The notes below the pieces were generated by a model. That model worked only from the letters and a program-made list of their open reading frames with translations. It had not been told where the DNA came from and made no database searches. DNA of 63,231 bases, the filler included, from Octopus bimaculoides (Eukaryota): NCBI RefSeq assembly GCF_001194135.2. It is 8 parts of 5 records of this genome, joined end to end, with 100 filler letters (N's around TTAATTAATTAA, not from the genome) between each part and the next. Parts side by side here need not be neighbours in the genome. Positions count along the whole stretch, not along the records: positions 1 to 5,259 come from NC_068982.1; positions 5,360 to 35,407 come from NC_069000.1; 6 more parts are not named here. One strand, given 5' to 3'. Each line of letters starts with the position of its first letter. The stretch's first letter is position 1. The position numbers and the translations under genes are program-made. This document shows, piece by piece, positions 1 to 13,039 of this stretch.

Positions 1-290
1 TGTGAGTGTTTATTGAGCAAAAAGCACTTAAAGCTCCACGAGGCTCTGGCTGGGGATGGTGGCGAACCCTGCTGTACTCTTTCACCACAAATTTCTCTAA
101 CTCTTACTTCTTGTTTCTGTTGTGCCTGTAATTCAAAGGGTCAGCCTTATCACGCTGAATATCCCCGAGAATTACGTTAAGGGTACACGTGTCTGTGGAG
201 TGCTCAGCCACTTGCACGTTAATTTCACGATCAGGCTGTTCCGTTGATCGGATCAACTGGAACCCTCGATGTCGTAAGCGACAGAGTGCC
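1..290 (-). mobile_element. SINE-like dispersed repeat, family A
   Basis: Non-coding. Pieces recur at 1131-1168 (+), 2505-2640 (+), 40896-40995 (-) and 57188-57298 (+), e.g. CCAGTTGATCCGATCAACGGAACAGCCTG and CTCAATAAACACTCACA. Confidence 0.7.
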
Positions 291-683
291 ATCATCAACA
301 ACAATGATACTATTAACGCGCCATTAATTAAAAACATTTTTCTTTTAAACAACAATTTCCACAACAATTGACGAACTATTAAACAGAAGAGCCTGTAGAT
401 TATGCAAATGTGCTTTTTATTAAAATCGCTCACAAAACACGACCTCTACAGCTTGCAGAATCGATGGAAAATGGTGGGTTTTTTGCCCTAGTAACCACAG
501 CCCTTGAGATGGAAATTTCTAATCTAGTCCAGTCGCTTCATCACCTCATTTTACATATCCCTGTAAATTTTCGCCGCAATCCGAGCACGCCTACTGCTAT
601 TGAACCCTGCGTAACCATTAAATGACACATGCAAACATACAACTTTCGGTCGTTTCACTTTTATATATAGAGAGGTTATAGCG

Positions 684-755
684 CCCGTGCTGAAGAGGAC
701 ACGGATCGCAAATTATTTTATTTGTTCATTGATGTTCGAAACCTAGGTACACGTG
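684..755 (+). ncRNA. Type I hammerhead ribozyme motif
   Basis: CTGAAGA 690-696; stem II GGACA/TGTTC; GAAA 738-741; palindromic stem III ACCTAGGT; GUA site (cut after 749); stem I CGTG/CACG. Confidence 0.75.
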
Positions 756-879
756 GTAACTATTGAAACTGTTTTTATTTTTCATTCCCTTTGAAATTAC
801 TCTGATCTGTGATTGGAGATTTGACTGCTCTTCTTAACATGTAAGGTATCCAGTTAAGTTGACCTCTTTTGTGTATAGA

Positions 880-965
880 AATGTACACTAATTTTATATA
901 TATAAATATATATATACACACACATATATATGAATATATGTATACACACACACATATATATATGA

Positions 966-1014
<49 letters not shown>

Positions 1015-1076
1015 ATAATAATAAAGGAGTTAGCTTACCAATTATTTTTGTTGGTAGTTAATTTATAATATATTGT

Positions 1077-1118
<42 letters not shown>

Positions 1119-1120
1119 AT
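880..1120. repeat. Compound (TA)n/(CA)n microsatellite
   Basis: Seen directly. Representative of dozens of such tracts (e.g. 1866-1935, 3835-3950, 5140-5259, 30850-31150, 35070-35400, 38170-39190, 47450-48055). Confidence 0.95.
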
Positions 1121-1889
1121 ATCGTGGTACTCCAGTTGATCCGATCAACGGAACAGCCTGCTCGTGATAAACTTAAAAACTGAAAGCATATGTAATGTTT
1201 CCAACACTACAGGTCTACAACTGATGTTTTCTCGAGATAAATACCACAGTTTAGAAGGCTTTTAACAGTAAATACATATCTCTATGAGTTAAAATTTTAT
1301 TGAATTTCCGACAGAATTTTAGCAGATAATAGCTGCATTTCATGTTACAAATTTAAAATTTCTACAAACTGGATATAAATGATTGTCATACAGTTACACA
1401 TGTCGACTGTGGAATAATTTGTTTTACCTTTTACTTCAATCAGTGATTGGACTATGATCGCGATGGTGCTCCACTTTGTAGAATTTAGTCAAACAATTGC
1501 CTTATACTTATATTTGTGTTTGTGTGTGTGTGTGTGTGAATGTAAAACAGCGTTATCAGTGAAGGATCATCAATCCGGGTAAAATACTTTATCAGATCTC
1601 TGTTAGAACACCAGACAAATAATGTTTAGTTTAGTAAAGAACCTCGAATATTCTTTAGCAGTGACCGAGCTTGTAGTTCATTACCATTTAATATTGTAAA
1701 CCCGTGGTTGTGCTCCAGTTATACTGGTTTTTTACACATTCTTATGCCTTATCTGAATATATATATCTATATACATAAATAATATTTCAAGAATTTGTTT
1801 AAAAAAACGTAACGACCGGGAAGTTTGACAAAAACATAAACGGAAAGGTTCACTAATTGTTTTTCACACACACACATATATAAATATAA

Positions 1890-1941
<52 letters not shown>

Positions 1942-2334
1942 TTAAATGAAATATTCAAACACTGAGATTTGAAGTTAGATGTCACTACTGTTCATATCAT
2001 CTGTGGATAAATTCAAAATTTGATGATATCACCAGTAGTAGCATTGGTGGAACGCAGTTATGATAGCTTTATCGAGCTATGAAATATCGTAATGATGCTT
2101 AATGAGCATCTACCTGCTAGAAATAAGAGCCAAGTCTTAAATAATCCACCGTAGCGCACCAATATAACAGAGAAAAACAGTATGCGAGGAAAACAGACCG
2201 AATTAAAACATTTAACAACACAAATAAAAATATTATGTAATTACGGATATCCACAAACCAGGTTTCTGCTTTTGGTTATTCAACCTTGAGCTTTGTCAGT
2301 GTGGACCACCAGTTTAAATTCATGACTGTTCACG

Positions 2335-2371
<37 letters not shown>

Positions 2372-2372
<1 letters not shown>

Positions 2373-2500
2373 ATGCTTTAGTGTCTTTGTTGTGTTTCCT
2401 CCCTACGAACACTTGACAATTGGTATTAGTTTGTTTACCTCCACGTAATTTAACAGTTCGGCAAAAGAAAAAAAGAATAATAAAATAAATAAAGACAAGA
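2372..2500 (+). mobile_element. SINE family B, 3' body fragment
   Basis: Diverged reverse complement of the body seen at 60755-60950 and 62870-63080. Confidence 0.55.
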
Positions 2501-2504
2501 GTTT

Positions 2505-2640
2505 CAGTTGATCCGATCAACGAAACAGCCTGCTCGTGAAACTGACGTGAAAGCGGCTGAGCACTCCACAGGCACGCGTACCCTTCATGTAGTTCTCCGG
2601 GAGATCCAGCGTGATACAGAATGTGCCAAGGCTGGTCCCT
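2505..2640 (+). mobile_element. SINE-like family A fragment
   Basis: Reverse complement of ~140-262. Confidence 0.7.
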
Positions 2641-2774
2641 GCTCAGTGGACTGTGGCAACGCGAAATAAAGTGTCTTGCTCAAGGATGGGTTTGTCAAAT
2701 GTTCCCTTTGTTTTTGTTATATTGTCTGGTTGTTATGCTTTTATAAGAATCCTTGAAAAAAAAATATATATATA

Positions 2775-2940
2775 CACGACGGGATTTCACACAATTACCG
2801 TCTACCAAATTCATTCACAACGCATTCTTTGGCACAGAGTTATTGTGGAAGTCACATAGCCAAAGTTTCGCGCAGTGCGACTGAACACAGAACCACGCGG
2901 TTGCGAAGCGAGCTTCTTATACAGAGAGCCATGCTTGTGC
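2775..2940 (-). mobile_element. tRNA-derived SINE family B, 5' head
   Basis: Minus strand has A/B-box-like TGGCTCTCTGTATAAG and GTTCAGTCGC. Body is related to 34570-34700 and 60960-61053. Confidence 0.6.
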
Positions 2941-3039
2941 CTATAATTTATTTTATATTCTTAGAATTATTCTAAAATCCACATCAGCAATGTACGCACT
3001 GAAAGTTAACTGTATAACAAAATGCGCCTTGAATACCCG

Positions 3040-3300
3040 TAACATATGTAATAGACCATAGAGATATGGTCTTCGTAGTTACATGACTTACTAGAAATAG
3101 TAACCAAATCTCCTATAAATAATACCCTGCAGTCTTTGGAAAGGAAACAACGCTTAACGGCATTTCGTCCGTCTTTACGTCCCAAGTTCAAAAGCTGCCC
3201 TTGTTGACCTTGCTTTTCACACTTTCGGTATCTATAAAATAGGTATCAGTTGCGTACAGGGGTAGATGTAAACGATTAGATCCTTGCCTCAAAATATCAG
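3040..3300 (+). mobile_element. Degenerate SINE fragments (family C and related core)
   Basis: GGCATTTCGTCCGTCTTTACGT...GTTCAAA matches the reverse complement of 53640-53825. Related pieces at 25170-25270, 30510-30630 and 48600-48660. Confidence 0.55.
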
Positions 3301-3830
3301 GTTTCGAGTTTATAGTGGGATGGATTATATTGATTATTATTATTTCTGTTGTCGTTGTTGATATATTTTTCACTAGCTATATCTGTCATAAATGTATGAG
3401 TTGTGTAGTTGAAGTGAACTGGTAAACTCCCGTTAAAGTATGTGTAATACCACACAAGATACGCTTGCGCTTTTAAAGTGCATCGATTAAAAAAGTTATA
3501 TATTCAACTATCTTTCAAGATTAAAGCCTGTTGAACTCAACAAGCCTCAAGTGCAGCCCAATTTGTAGTACTACTCATGTATTTAGAATTGCACTTACAG
3601 CTACATATGCAAACATTCAATACAGCATGGTTTAAACAAATAAGTCAATGAGGTCACATACTCATCAGTAACGCCATTAGCATGAACATGAACAGTTAAG
3701 TTAGTAGATTTAATATAGTGAATATTAAAGGTCTAATTAGAAAACTAATACAGTGAGGAGGCATTTATTAGCTCAATGACATCGGTTAAGGCTCACATCA
3801 TACCAGGATTAATACACTCCCCTCTCTATT

Positions 3831-3871
<41 letters not shown>

Positions 3872-3887
3872 TTCACACACACACACA

Positions 3888-3951
<64 letters not shown>

Positions 3952-4142
3952 CATGCATGCACTCTCTTTAGCGCATACATACATTGTTCTCATGTACTCA
4001 CTCTCTCTCCATCTCTCTCCTTCTCTCCTGTGTTCGTTCTTTCTGAGTACCGTTTAATGCCTCCACAACAGACTTTTTGGACTCTGAGCTAACAAGCTTT
4101 GACCACATCGGCCAAACTCACCCTGTGTAAAAACACACCCTT

Positions 4143-4175
<33 letters not shown>

Positions 4176-5208
4176 AAGAAAAAATGAAACCCACAAAAAT
4201 CTGAATTAGAAAATCGTAACAGAATTATAAATGAAAGCAGAACAACTGAAATGCATATTCCAAAAAGAAATATGCCACATCAATTCGAAGTAGATTTTTT
4301 TGTTTTACTCTATAACTAATGTGTGTGTGTTGTGCACGCGTAGATGTTTGTGTGTGCGAATGTATACTTATTTATATAGGCTTGGTCGAAAGCTTAAGAG
4401 GTTTGCGTTGGAAAAATACCATTTGGATATCTATGTCTCTACAGAAAATTTGGTCAATTAATTTGTACACACCCTCTCGCAAATTGACAATGACCTTGTA
4501 AGTGTATCTACGTACAAGGGAGACTTATGGAAGACCATCTGAAAGACTGTATCAGCAATATGATCATTGCTAAGAATTTTATTGAACTTCCTATCGCAGT
4601 CGCAAGGCTTACAATGAATAGCAATCAAATATCTCTTCTATCACATTCTACCGTCTTAACTAACTCTTTCCACTATAGTTGTGCTTCTCAACCGGGGTCC
4701 ATACGGCCTCTGAGGGTTCACATGATATTTTGCTGTTAAAATTTATGCGCAGTAAATTGATTATACTTTTATGATACACAAAACATCAAAAAAAATTTAT
4801 ACGACTCCTAAGGATATTTTTTTTACACACCCAGGCCTATTTCCCACTTTTTTAGGAAGGAGTAGCCACAATAAGACACAGACCAGGCATTCCATTCATT
4901 TCTCAGCTCAAAGAGGCGAGCCCCGTTCTATGTTCGGCTTAAAGCATAGAACGCAACCCCAACATCAGTAGCGGGGTCCGACAGCATATACTGGTTTACC
5001 GCCGCCGCATCGAGCTAGTTCTGTACCCTTTTGAGCAACATCAAATTCACTCAACCGTCCACAAACACTCTTCAAGCTTTCCTATCATTTATAAACTCTC
5101 TTGCTTCTCTCCCTCTAACACCTATAACCACCAAAGCTTCCATCCATCCATCCATCCATCCATCCATCCACGCACGCACGCACGCACGCACGCACGCTCG
5201 CACGCACG

Positions 5209-5259
<51 letters not shown>

Positions 5260-5359
5260 NNNNNNNNNNNNNNNNNNNNNNNNNNNNNNNNNNNNNNNNN
5301 NNNTTAATTAATTAANNNNNNNNNNNNNNNNNNNNNNNNNNNNNNNNNNNNNNNNNNNN
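5260..5359. other. Assembly gap with artificial TTAATTAATTAA spacer
   Basis: 44 N + TTAATTAATTAA + 44 N. The same spacer recurs at 35452, 39234, 45144, 57986, 59947 and 61078. Confidence 0.95.
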
Positions 5360-5583
5360 CAATCGCTAGTAGGCCTTTGAGTTGTTGGTCATTTTTTGCA
5401 AAGAGCTTTAAATCATCCATGTAAATGAGATGATTTATATTTTTATCAAATATTTTATAACCATACTGCGCATCATTGAGCAATTTTGAGAGCGGTATTA
5501 GGGCTAGACAGAAGAGGAGTGGTGATAGTGAGTCACCCTGGAAAATGCCACATGAAATTCTTACATCTCCAGCATTTAGAGAT

Positions 5584-5585
<2 letters not shown>
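5360..5585 (-). mobile_element. R4/Dong-clade non-LTR retrotransposon RT fragment
   Basis: GIFQGDSLSPLLFCLALIPLS...HLIYMDDLKLFAKND. The 5' truncation abuts (TAA)n; a gap lies on the 3' side. Confidence 0.85.
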
Positions 5586-5669
<84 letters not shown>

Positions 5670-5671
<2 letters not shown>

Positions 5672-6220
5672 AGTACATTCCACAAAGTGACACAGGGGTA
5701 AAATATACGAAACCCAGTATACCCATCATGACTACCCGACTGATAAGGCACGTGCATCACAATCATACATGTGCGACATGGTGATCTGATATCAAGATAA
5801 ACAGCGCATGACCTTGCTGGTGGAGCCCAGATAGAATTTTCTTCAGGTCAAGTGCCCAATTCCACCCAAAAGGTCCATGAATAAAGGTTGTTTATGGTTG
5901 TTGAACGAAACAAACCATGTTTCCAAATGTGAATTACCCAAACCCCAAATAATTCCTTTCAACACATAGCTATGATGCTTTTTTATACTTCTGCTCGTGA
6001 TCAGAGATGTACATATCGTCAGCCACGAAGAGACATGCTCAACTAGTTAAGGTCAAGCAACTGACGAGCAAATCTGTGGTATTGAGCAGATTATTTGCTG
6101 TAGCCCATCTTTTATACTAAAACAAAACAATGTACATGATAACACTTCCAATCAGTTAAGATCAGAAGCCATGAGAGCCAGTANNNNNNNNNNAGCCAGT
6201 ACCTGGTACTGAATCAAGGC
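5670..6220. mobile_element. Non-coding ~0.5 kb repeat element, copy 1
   Basis: Collinear diverged copy at 6310-6800. Bounded by (ATT)n/(GA)n on the left and (ATT)n on the right. Confidence 0.7.
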
Positions 6221-6308
<88 letters not shown>

Positions 6309-6309
6309 T

Positions 6310-6942
6310 GAGATAACAGCTCATTCCATCAAAATGACACTGGGGTAAAATATACGAATCCCATGACTAGTCGTCTGATAAGGGTACACCAGGTGCATAT
6401 ATCACAACCATATGTGCGCGACATGGTGATCTCATATCAAGATAAGCAGCGCATGACTTTGCAGGTGGAGCCCAGTTAGAATTTTCTTTAAGTCGAGTAG
6501 CCCATCCCGCTCAAAAGTTCCCTGAATAAGGGTTGTTTAAGGATGTCGAACGATATACCCTGTTTCCAAAGATGATGTTCCCCCAGTACTTCTGCTCGTG
6601 ATCAGAGAAGCATGTATCATCAACCACTAAGAGACATGCTCAACTGGTTTAGGTCAAACAACTGACAAGCAAATCTGGTATTGAGTAGAATATTTGCCGT
6701 AGCCCATTTTTTATACCAAGACAAAGCAATGTGCATGATAACACTTCCTATCAGTTAAGATCAGAAGCCATGAGAGTCACAGCTCGGTACTGCATCCGGG
6801 CATTTATTGGCACTGCATTAGGGCATTGTCTGATACTGCATCAGGGCATAAGCTTGGTACTGCATCAAGACATTGCCTGGTACTGCATCAGGACATTTAC
6901 ATGTACTGCATCATAGCGTTTTCAGGTACTGTATAAGGGAAT
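6310..6942. mobile_element. Non-coding ~0.5 kb repeat element, copy 2, with 23-bp terminal sub-repeats
   Basis: Copy of 5670-6220. About 7 degenerate units of GCCTGGTACTGCATCAGGGCAT-like sequence at 6781-6942. (ATT)n on both sides. Confidence 0.7.
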
Positions 6943-6974
6943 TCATTATTATTATTATTATTATTATTATTTTA

Positions 6975-7222
6975 TGTTTGACTTTTGTTTTGCATTTGTA
7001 CAAGTTGGATCCAAGTCTCACCCAGAGACCTCAAGAGACAACAAGTTAGAAGTTCATGTAGGTGTTATGCCTAGGGTACCATATATTTGGATTTGTACAG
7101 TTTTGTTCAAGTGAATGTTTAAGAAACCATAAGAAAATTATGTTTGCTTTAAAATTTGAGATCACATAGACAGTATTTTACGTAGGATATGGGCAGTTCC
7201 CATGAGCACTATCTTTTGGACT
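6975..7222 (-). mobile_element. R4/Dong-clade 3' end (ORF C-terminus plus 3'UTR)
   Basis: GNPKMAEVQKIVLMGTAHILRKILSM*. The 3'UTR runs into (TAA)n at 6945-6972. Confidence 0.75.
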
Positions 7223-8229
7223 TCAGCCATTTTGGGGTTTCCNNNNNNNNNNNNNNNNNNNNNNNNNNNNNNNNNNNNNNNNNNNNNNNNNNNNNNNNNN
7301 NNNNNNNNNNNNNNNNNNNNNNNNNNNNNNNNNNNNNNNNNNNNNNNNNNNNNNNNNNNNNNNNNNNNNNNNNNNNNNNNNNNNNNNNNNNNNNNNNNNN
7401 NNNNNNNNNNNNNNNNNNNNNNNNNNNNNNNNNNNNNNNNNNNNNNNNNNNNNNNNNNNNNNNNNNNNNNNNNNNNNNNNNNNNNNNNNNNNNNNNNNNN
7501 NNNNNNNNNNNNNNNNNNNNNNNNNNNNNNNNNNNNNNNNNNNNNNNNNNNNNNNNNNNNNNNNNNNNNNNNNNNNNNNNNNNNNNNNNNNNNNNNNNNN
7601 NNNNNNNNNNNNNNNNNNNNNNNNNNNNNNNNNNNNNNNNNNNNNNNNNNNNNNNNNNNNNNNNNNNNNNNNNNNNNNNNNNNNNNNNNNNNNNNNNNNN
7701 NNNNNNNNNNNNNNNNNNNNNNNNNNNNNNNNNNNNNNNNNNNNNNNNNNNNNNNNNNNNNNNNNNNNNNNNNNNNNNNNNNNNNNNNNNNNNNNNNNNN
7801 NNNNNNNNNNNNNNNNNNNNNNNNNNNNNNNNNNNNNNNNNNNNNNNNNNNNNNNNNNNNNNNNNNNNNNNNNNNNNNNNNNNNNNNNNNNNNNNNNNNN
7901 NNNNNNNNNNNNNNNNNNNNNNNNNNNNNNNNNNNNNNNNNNNNNNNNNNNNNNNNNNNNNNNNNNNNNNNNNNNNNNNNNNNNNNNNNNNNNNNNNNNN
8001 NNNNNNNNNNNNNNNNNNNNNNNNNNNNNNNNNNNNNNNNNNNNNNNNNNNNNNNNNNNNNNNNNNNNNNNNNNNNNNNNNNNNNNNNNNNNNNNNNNNN
8101 NNNNNNNNNNNNNNNNNNNNNNNNNNNNNNNNNNNNNNNNNNNNNNNNNTTTGATAACCAAGACCCTATTTTTTGGGTGATACAAACCTTTTTGTTTTCA
8201 AATTTCTTCGAAAATTTGCTTCGAAGAAA

Positions 8230-8326
8230 GTAAACACTGAAGATGGCGACGAAAAGTAGGAGTGAGGAAAGAAGGTGGTACCGCAATTTGCACGAGGACT
8301 TCCCCGTCCTCTCCACCATGATTGAC

Positions 8327-8359
<33 letters not shown>

Positions 8360-9610
8360 AAGAAGAAGAAGAAGAAGAAGAAGAAGAAGAAGAAGAAGAA
8401 GAAAGAATATGAAAAGCAGAAAGCAGGTGAGAGGAAGGAAGAAGTAAAGTCTTCCTCACTACATGGAAATTTAATAGCACAAAGAACAACATTGATAACA
8501 ATTACGAAGAGTCGAACAAAAATGGAGTAGACGACAGGAAAGAGACTTTTGCAAATATCGCGGCAGCTAAGGAATTGGTCAACGTCTCATTGAAGAACAA
8601 GATAGAAAAACTAAACAAGGCAGCAAAATATATGAAAATGAATGGAAGGAGGGTAGAACTGACACCTCCAAGCGACGTGCTTGAAGCAACAGCCAAACGG
8701 ACAGTTGTGTACAGGTGCATGCACACAAAGACAAGGAAACTCGAAAACACTAAACGTGACCAGGTGGAAAAAGTCTTGTAAGACATATGGCAGGATATCC
8801 ACCACATTGCGAGAGCGAGTACGGGTCCTTTTTAAGACAGAGGGACAGGCGATACGGAACTCGGTGACTACGCGTCGCACCAAGGATATCACCCTCTTCC
8901 CAATGTATATGGGAAGAAGGACGGTACAAATTACGGTACCTGGAGTCCCATCAGGCCTGAATTTGTAGTGGATTCTCGAATGTATTTGTACGGACAGGGG
9001 AGAGAATCTCGTGGATGTTAAAAGATCGAGTGGGGAGAATTGGGACGGCCTTGGAAATTCTTCTCCACGTGAAGCCAGACAGTTAGAGAAAGACCCAGAC
9101 CTGATTTCCCTCTCGAATGGAGTAGAACTAAGGCTGAAGGTGGAGGGCAAAAGGTCGAAGTGCCACGATTGTGGTTCAACAGGCTATTTACAATTTTTCT
9201 TCTCACTGAACAAGAACAGAAGGGCAGAAAGAAATGTCCAAACGAAAGCACCACAACCCATGATTCAACAAAAACTACAAGAGCAACAACAGAAACGCAG
9301 GGGCAGAGAAATAGAAACAGAAATCGAAATCAAGGAGACAAAACAAGCAGGTGTTACAGTAAAGGTGGCAGTGGGAGTAGCACCAGAGCAGTGGCGGAAG
9401 CTACCGTAGCAGGAGCAACAACAACAACAACAACAACCACAAGAGAACCAGAACAAACAACACCAGAAGAAAACATACAAGACACGGACTCCTCCACGCA
9501 TCCAAGTGATGCTGAAAGGGAATCCAAACGGCAAAACAAAAAACACGAAAGTGACACATTACAAAGACGGTCATTAGGAAGATTTTTAGCATTAAAAATT
9601 CAGAAAGTAT
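8230..9610 (+). mobile_element. Decayed L1/Tx1-like ORF1 (gag-like) region
   Basis: Across frames: QITVPGVPSGLNL...DLISLSNGVELRLKVEGKRSKCHDCGSTGYLQ (degenerate zinc knuckle), followed by a T/E/Q-rich tail. Confidence 0.45.
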
Positions 9611-10269
9611 GATTATTTCGTGGTTATTGAAGTGTGTTAGTTTCGAGCAGAATTCGAAATGGCCGATCGAAGCGGCTGTCGTTTACATCTCTGTTGTGTC
9701 AGTCAAAACAACCCGTGGTACCAGAACATCCAGACATTATTCGCCCAGAACAGTGAGAGGTATGTCTTCGTTTGATTTTTGCAACCCTTTGCGCATTCAC
9801 AGCAAACAAGGCACAGGTCCAGACGTTAGATCGTGTAGGTGTATTTTTATCCACTCCGATATTTATACAGGGCCAGTTATACGTCGCTATGCGTAGAGCA
9901 ACGGACTCCAGAAATCTGAAAATTAGCGTCAACTAAACAGAAAATATCATCTGCAAAGAAGTTTTGTAATCATATTGATATTAACGAAAGGAATATGATT
10001 CATAATTTAAATAAGGAAATTTGTGAACTTTGAATGTATAAGAGTATAAACAAGCGTAAAATAGTGTAAACAACTAAAATAAAGTACATCTAAATAACAT
10101 TTTTTTCTTAATACTTTTTTATGTAGTGGTCAAAGAAAGTTCTGGCTTTCGTTAGGAGTGGTCCACATAACCATTCATATTACAGAGGCTGGGAGCCTAT
10201 TTCAGTCCGGGAGTGAATCGTCATCACATGTCACTTAGTCGCAAATACATTTCATATAGCTACAATAGA

Positions 10270-12119
10270 ATGCTGTATCACCAACAATAATGTGATTTCT
10301 CTAAGACAACACCCAATAATCTATCAACTTCATTTACACATTTCTCAATGCATACTGCTGTTATGACCTCCCTCTCTCATGTTATGCCTCCATCGTAGAT
10401 GGTTATATTTGCTAATCTAGTTAATGCTACTGCCCAAGTATTTACAGCCTTCTCTAGTTTCGGACCATTTAGCTTTACTTCATTAGCTTCCTCACCCTTC
10501 TGATGACTTCTTTCTCAATTTTCGTTTTCATTTCTATAGTTAGAACTCTCAGATTCTGATACTCCTAAATATTTATAACTCTCACCTTCTATCAATTTTT
10601 TTAATGTCTGGCTATCTGGTAACTGGATGTCTTCGTTTTTGACCACCTCTCTCCCTTTCATGACTAATATTGCACACTTATCCATGCCAAATTCCATACC
10701 TGTATCTTCGCTGAAAAGTCTGTGTCAAGAAATCTATCTCTTTTTCAATCTTACTAAAAAGCTTCAGATTATCCGTGTAGAGCAAATGGTTAATTTTTCC
10801 TTTACTATTTCTAAACTGATACCCTGCATTTGCCTTCTTTAATACTAAACTGAAGGGGATCAAGCATATGACAAATATTAAAGAAAATAACGAATCTCTT
10901 TGGAAAATTCCTCACTTGATATCAATTTTCCCTAAGACTTTGTCACCTGAGTAGAGCTCTACATCCCATTTCTTCATGCTAGAGCTAATTAATTTTCTTA
11001 TGTTGTCTACTATACAGAATATACTCAAACATTCACTTATCCATAAGTGTAGGATCATGTCATTGGCCTTCTTACACTCTATCCATGCTATTGTCAAATT
11101 TTTTCTTTCTAGCTTTTACTTCATTTAGAACTGCTTTGTCTATTTATAATAGGTCATGCATTCCTCTTGCCTTCTTCCTGCAACCTTTCTGTTCTTCTGG
11201 CAGTAAATTCTGGTTGTCAAGGTGCTCGTAAATGCTATCTGAAAGTATTCCTGTTAACATCTTCCACAGTGATGGTAAGCAAGTGATTGGTCTATAATTG
11301 CTAGCTGTATTACCCTTACTTTTGTCTTTCATAAGGAGTTCATCTTCTAGTCATCCAATCTGGTATAATTCCTCCATTAAGGCAATCCTGAAGTTGTTCT
11401 CTCAGCCTTCCATATATTAATGCACTAGTTAGTTCTAGATCTGGTTGCTTCTCACTCACTAGTTTTTTCGCTTTCTTTAATCATACTGCATCTCCATTAT
11501 GATTGACTGGCTTATCTCAGATATTACTCCAGGACTTTTTAGCTTCTTCTGCATTAAGTTTCTCATCTTCAGTACTTTCTTTTCCACTATTTCTCTGGTT
11601 ATGAAATCTCCTCTAGTCTGTCTCAAATAATCTATTCTGTTGATACTGCTATATTCTTTTCTGATATCTGGGAATCTTGCCTGCTACTGCTACGATACGC
11701 TGTTTCAACTCTTGTATGGCCATCCCAAATTCTCTCTTTAATATGTATCTTTTCTCAAGAGAAGTTTTAAATCTTGTTTCCTTGCTTGTTCAGTTTCCAG
11801 ACTTCTACTCTACTCAGATCTTGTCTTAAAGTATTCACTTTATTTTGTCATCTCCTTTTCCACATTTGCTCTTTTCTAATCTTTTCTTGTGGAATATCTA
11901 AACTTCTAGCAAGTACTACCACTCCTGCTTTGATCAATAAGTTAGTGTCACCTATATTTTTAGCATTTATTCTACTGATAACACAATCTACTTTTCATGC
12001 CATATCTAGCAGCTTCCTTCTGTTGGTACCTTTTAATGTGGGCAATCTTTTTGTTACTTTTTTACTCATCAGTTCCTGCAATTTATCTAAAATCGTCTGA
12101 TATTCCTCACTTAAATCAC

Positions 12120-12120
<1 letters not shown>
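10270..12120 (-). mobile_element. Heavily decayed R4/Dong-clade LINE (RT region)
   Basis: SNYRPITCLPSLWKMLTG, LLPEEQKGCRK, HLLYTDNLKLF, EFGMDKCA, YKYLG. The 5' end abuts (TAA)n at 12121-12198. Confidence 0.85.
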
Positions 12121-12199
<79 letters not shown>

Positions 12200-13039
12200 A
12201 CAGATCAGTGGGGGCACTTACACTATTTCGCTCACTGGAACAAATAGGTCCAAGTGTAGCTATGTGATCTCTTCACTGATATGAAAATAAGGATGCAATA
12301 CAACATTTGAAGATTTGTTAAACCTTTACCGAGTTGTACCGTAGATTATATTTTCGATTTCGGTTTATAGTTAACATTGTTCACTTCGTGAAGTAAAAGG
12401 AAAAATAATAGAGAACACTTCTCAAAGTAGAAGAATGACAAGTATAGAACAAAGAATATAGATTTAAAATATGTTTTGTCATAAAACTGTACCTTCAGTA
12501 CAAACTGTTGCGAACAGCTACAGAATAGCTAAGCTAGGATTCGAAACCGAATCTACATTTTGCCACGTCGTAAACAAAACCTCAGCTAATTGTCTTAACC
12601 TTTTTACTCTCAGAGATTAATGACAATGAGCTAATCTCTCAGACCTTCTTAGGGTATTCACAAGTCAAATCTGATTAAGGCCGAAGAACCCTATTGTTTT
12701 AGCTGACCTAATTCAGTTATCCGCGAGTTATAAACACACAAGCCAAATAGTTTTCAGTCTCTTTGTCTGTGTCTCTGATTCCTAAGCACTACTCGTTCCG
12801 ATGGAGAGGAAAGAGACAACACTGCTTATACTCTCTGCTTGTCAATACAATTCTTACTCTTCTCTTCACTTTGGGTTAATCGTCTCTGGACATACAGAAA
12901 CTATGTCAGAATGCGAAAGTAAAGTGTTTATCGTCTCCTAGTTACATACATTCCTTTCATTTTGTCTTTCTCTCTTGTTGTCACAGATATGAAGTTAACA
13001 ACTATCATATACAATAAAATTAGAGAAATATTTTACTGC

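Noticed and set aside
5304-5315. TTAATTAATTAA recurring seven times
   Set aside because: Always centred in N runs; it is a six-frame-stop scaffolding spacer, not biology. Order and distance across these gaps are uncertain.
8237-8262. CTGAAGA..GAAA as a hammerhead (similar cores at 3662 minus, 21237, 21399, 47570 minus)
   Set aside because: Stem I and/or stem II cannot form, or there is no GAAA/UH at a usable distance.
7162-8319. Long ORFs spanning N runs (also 42.5, 45.5, 51.2 and 61.8 kb)
   Set aside because: They are open only because N translates as X.
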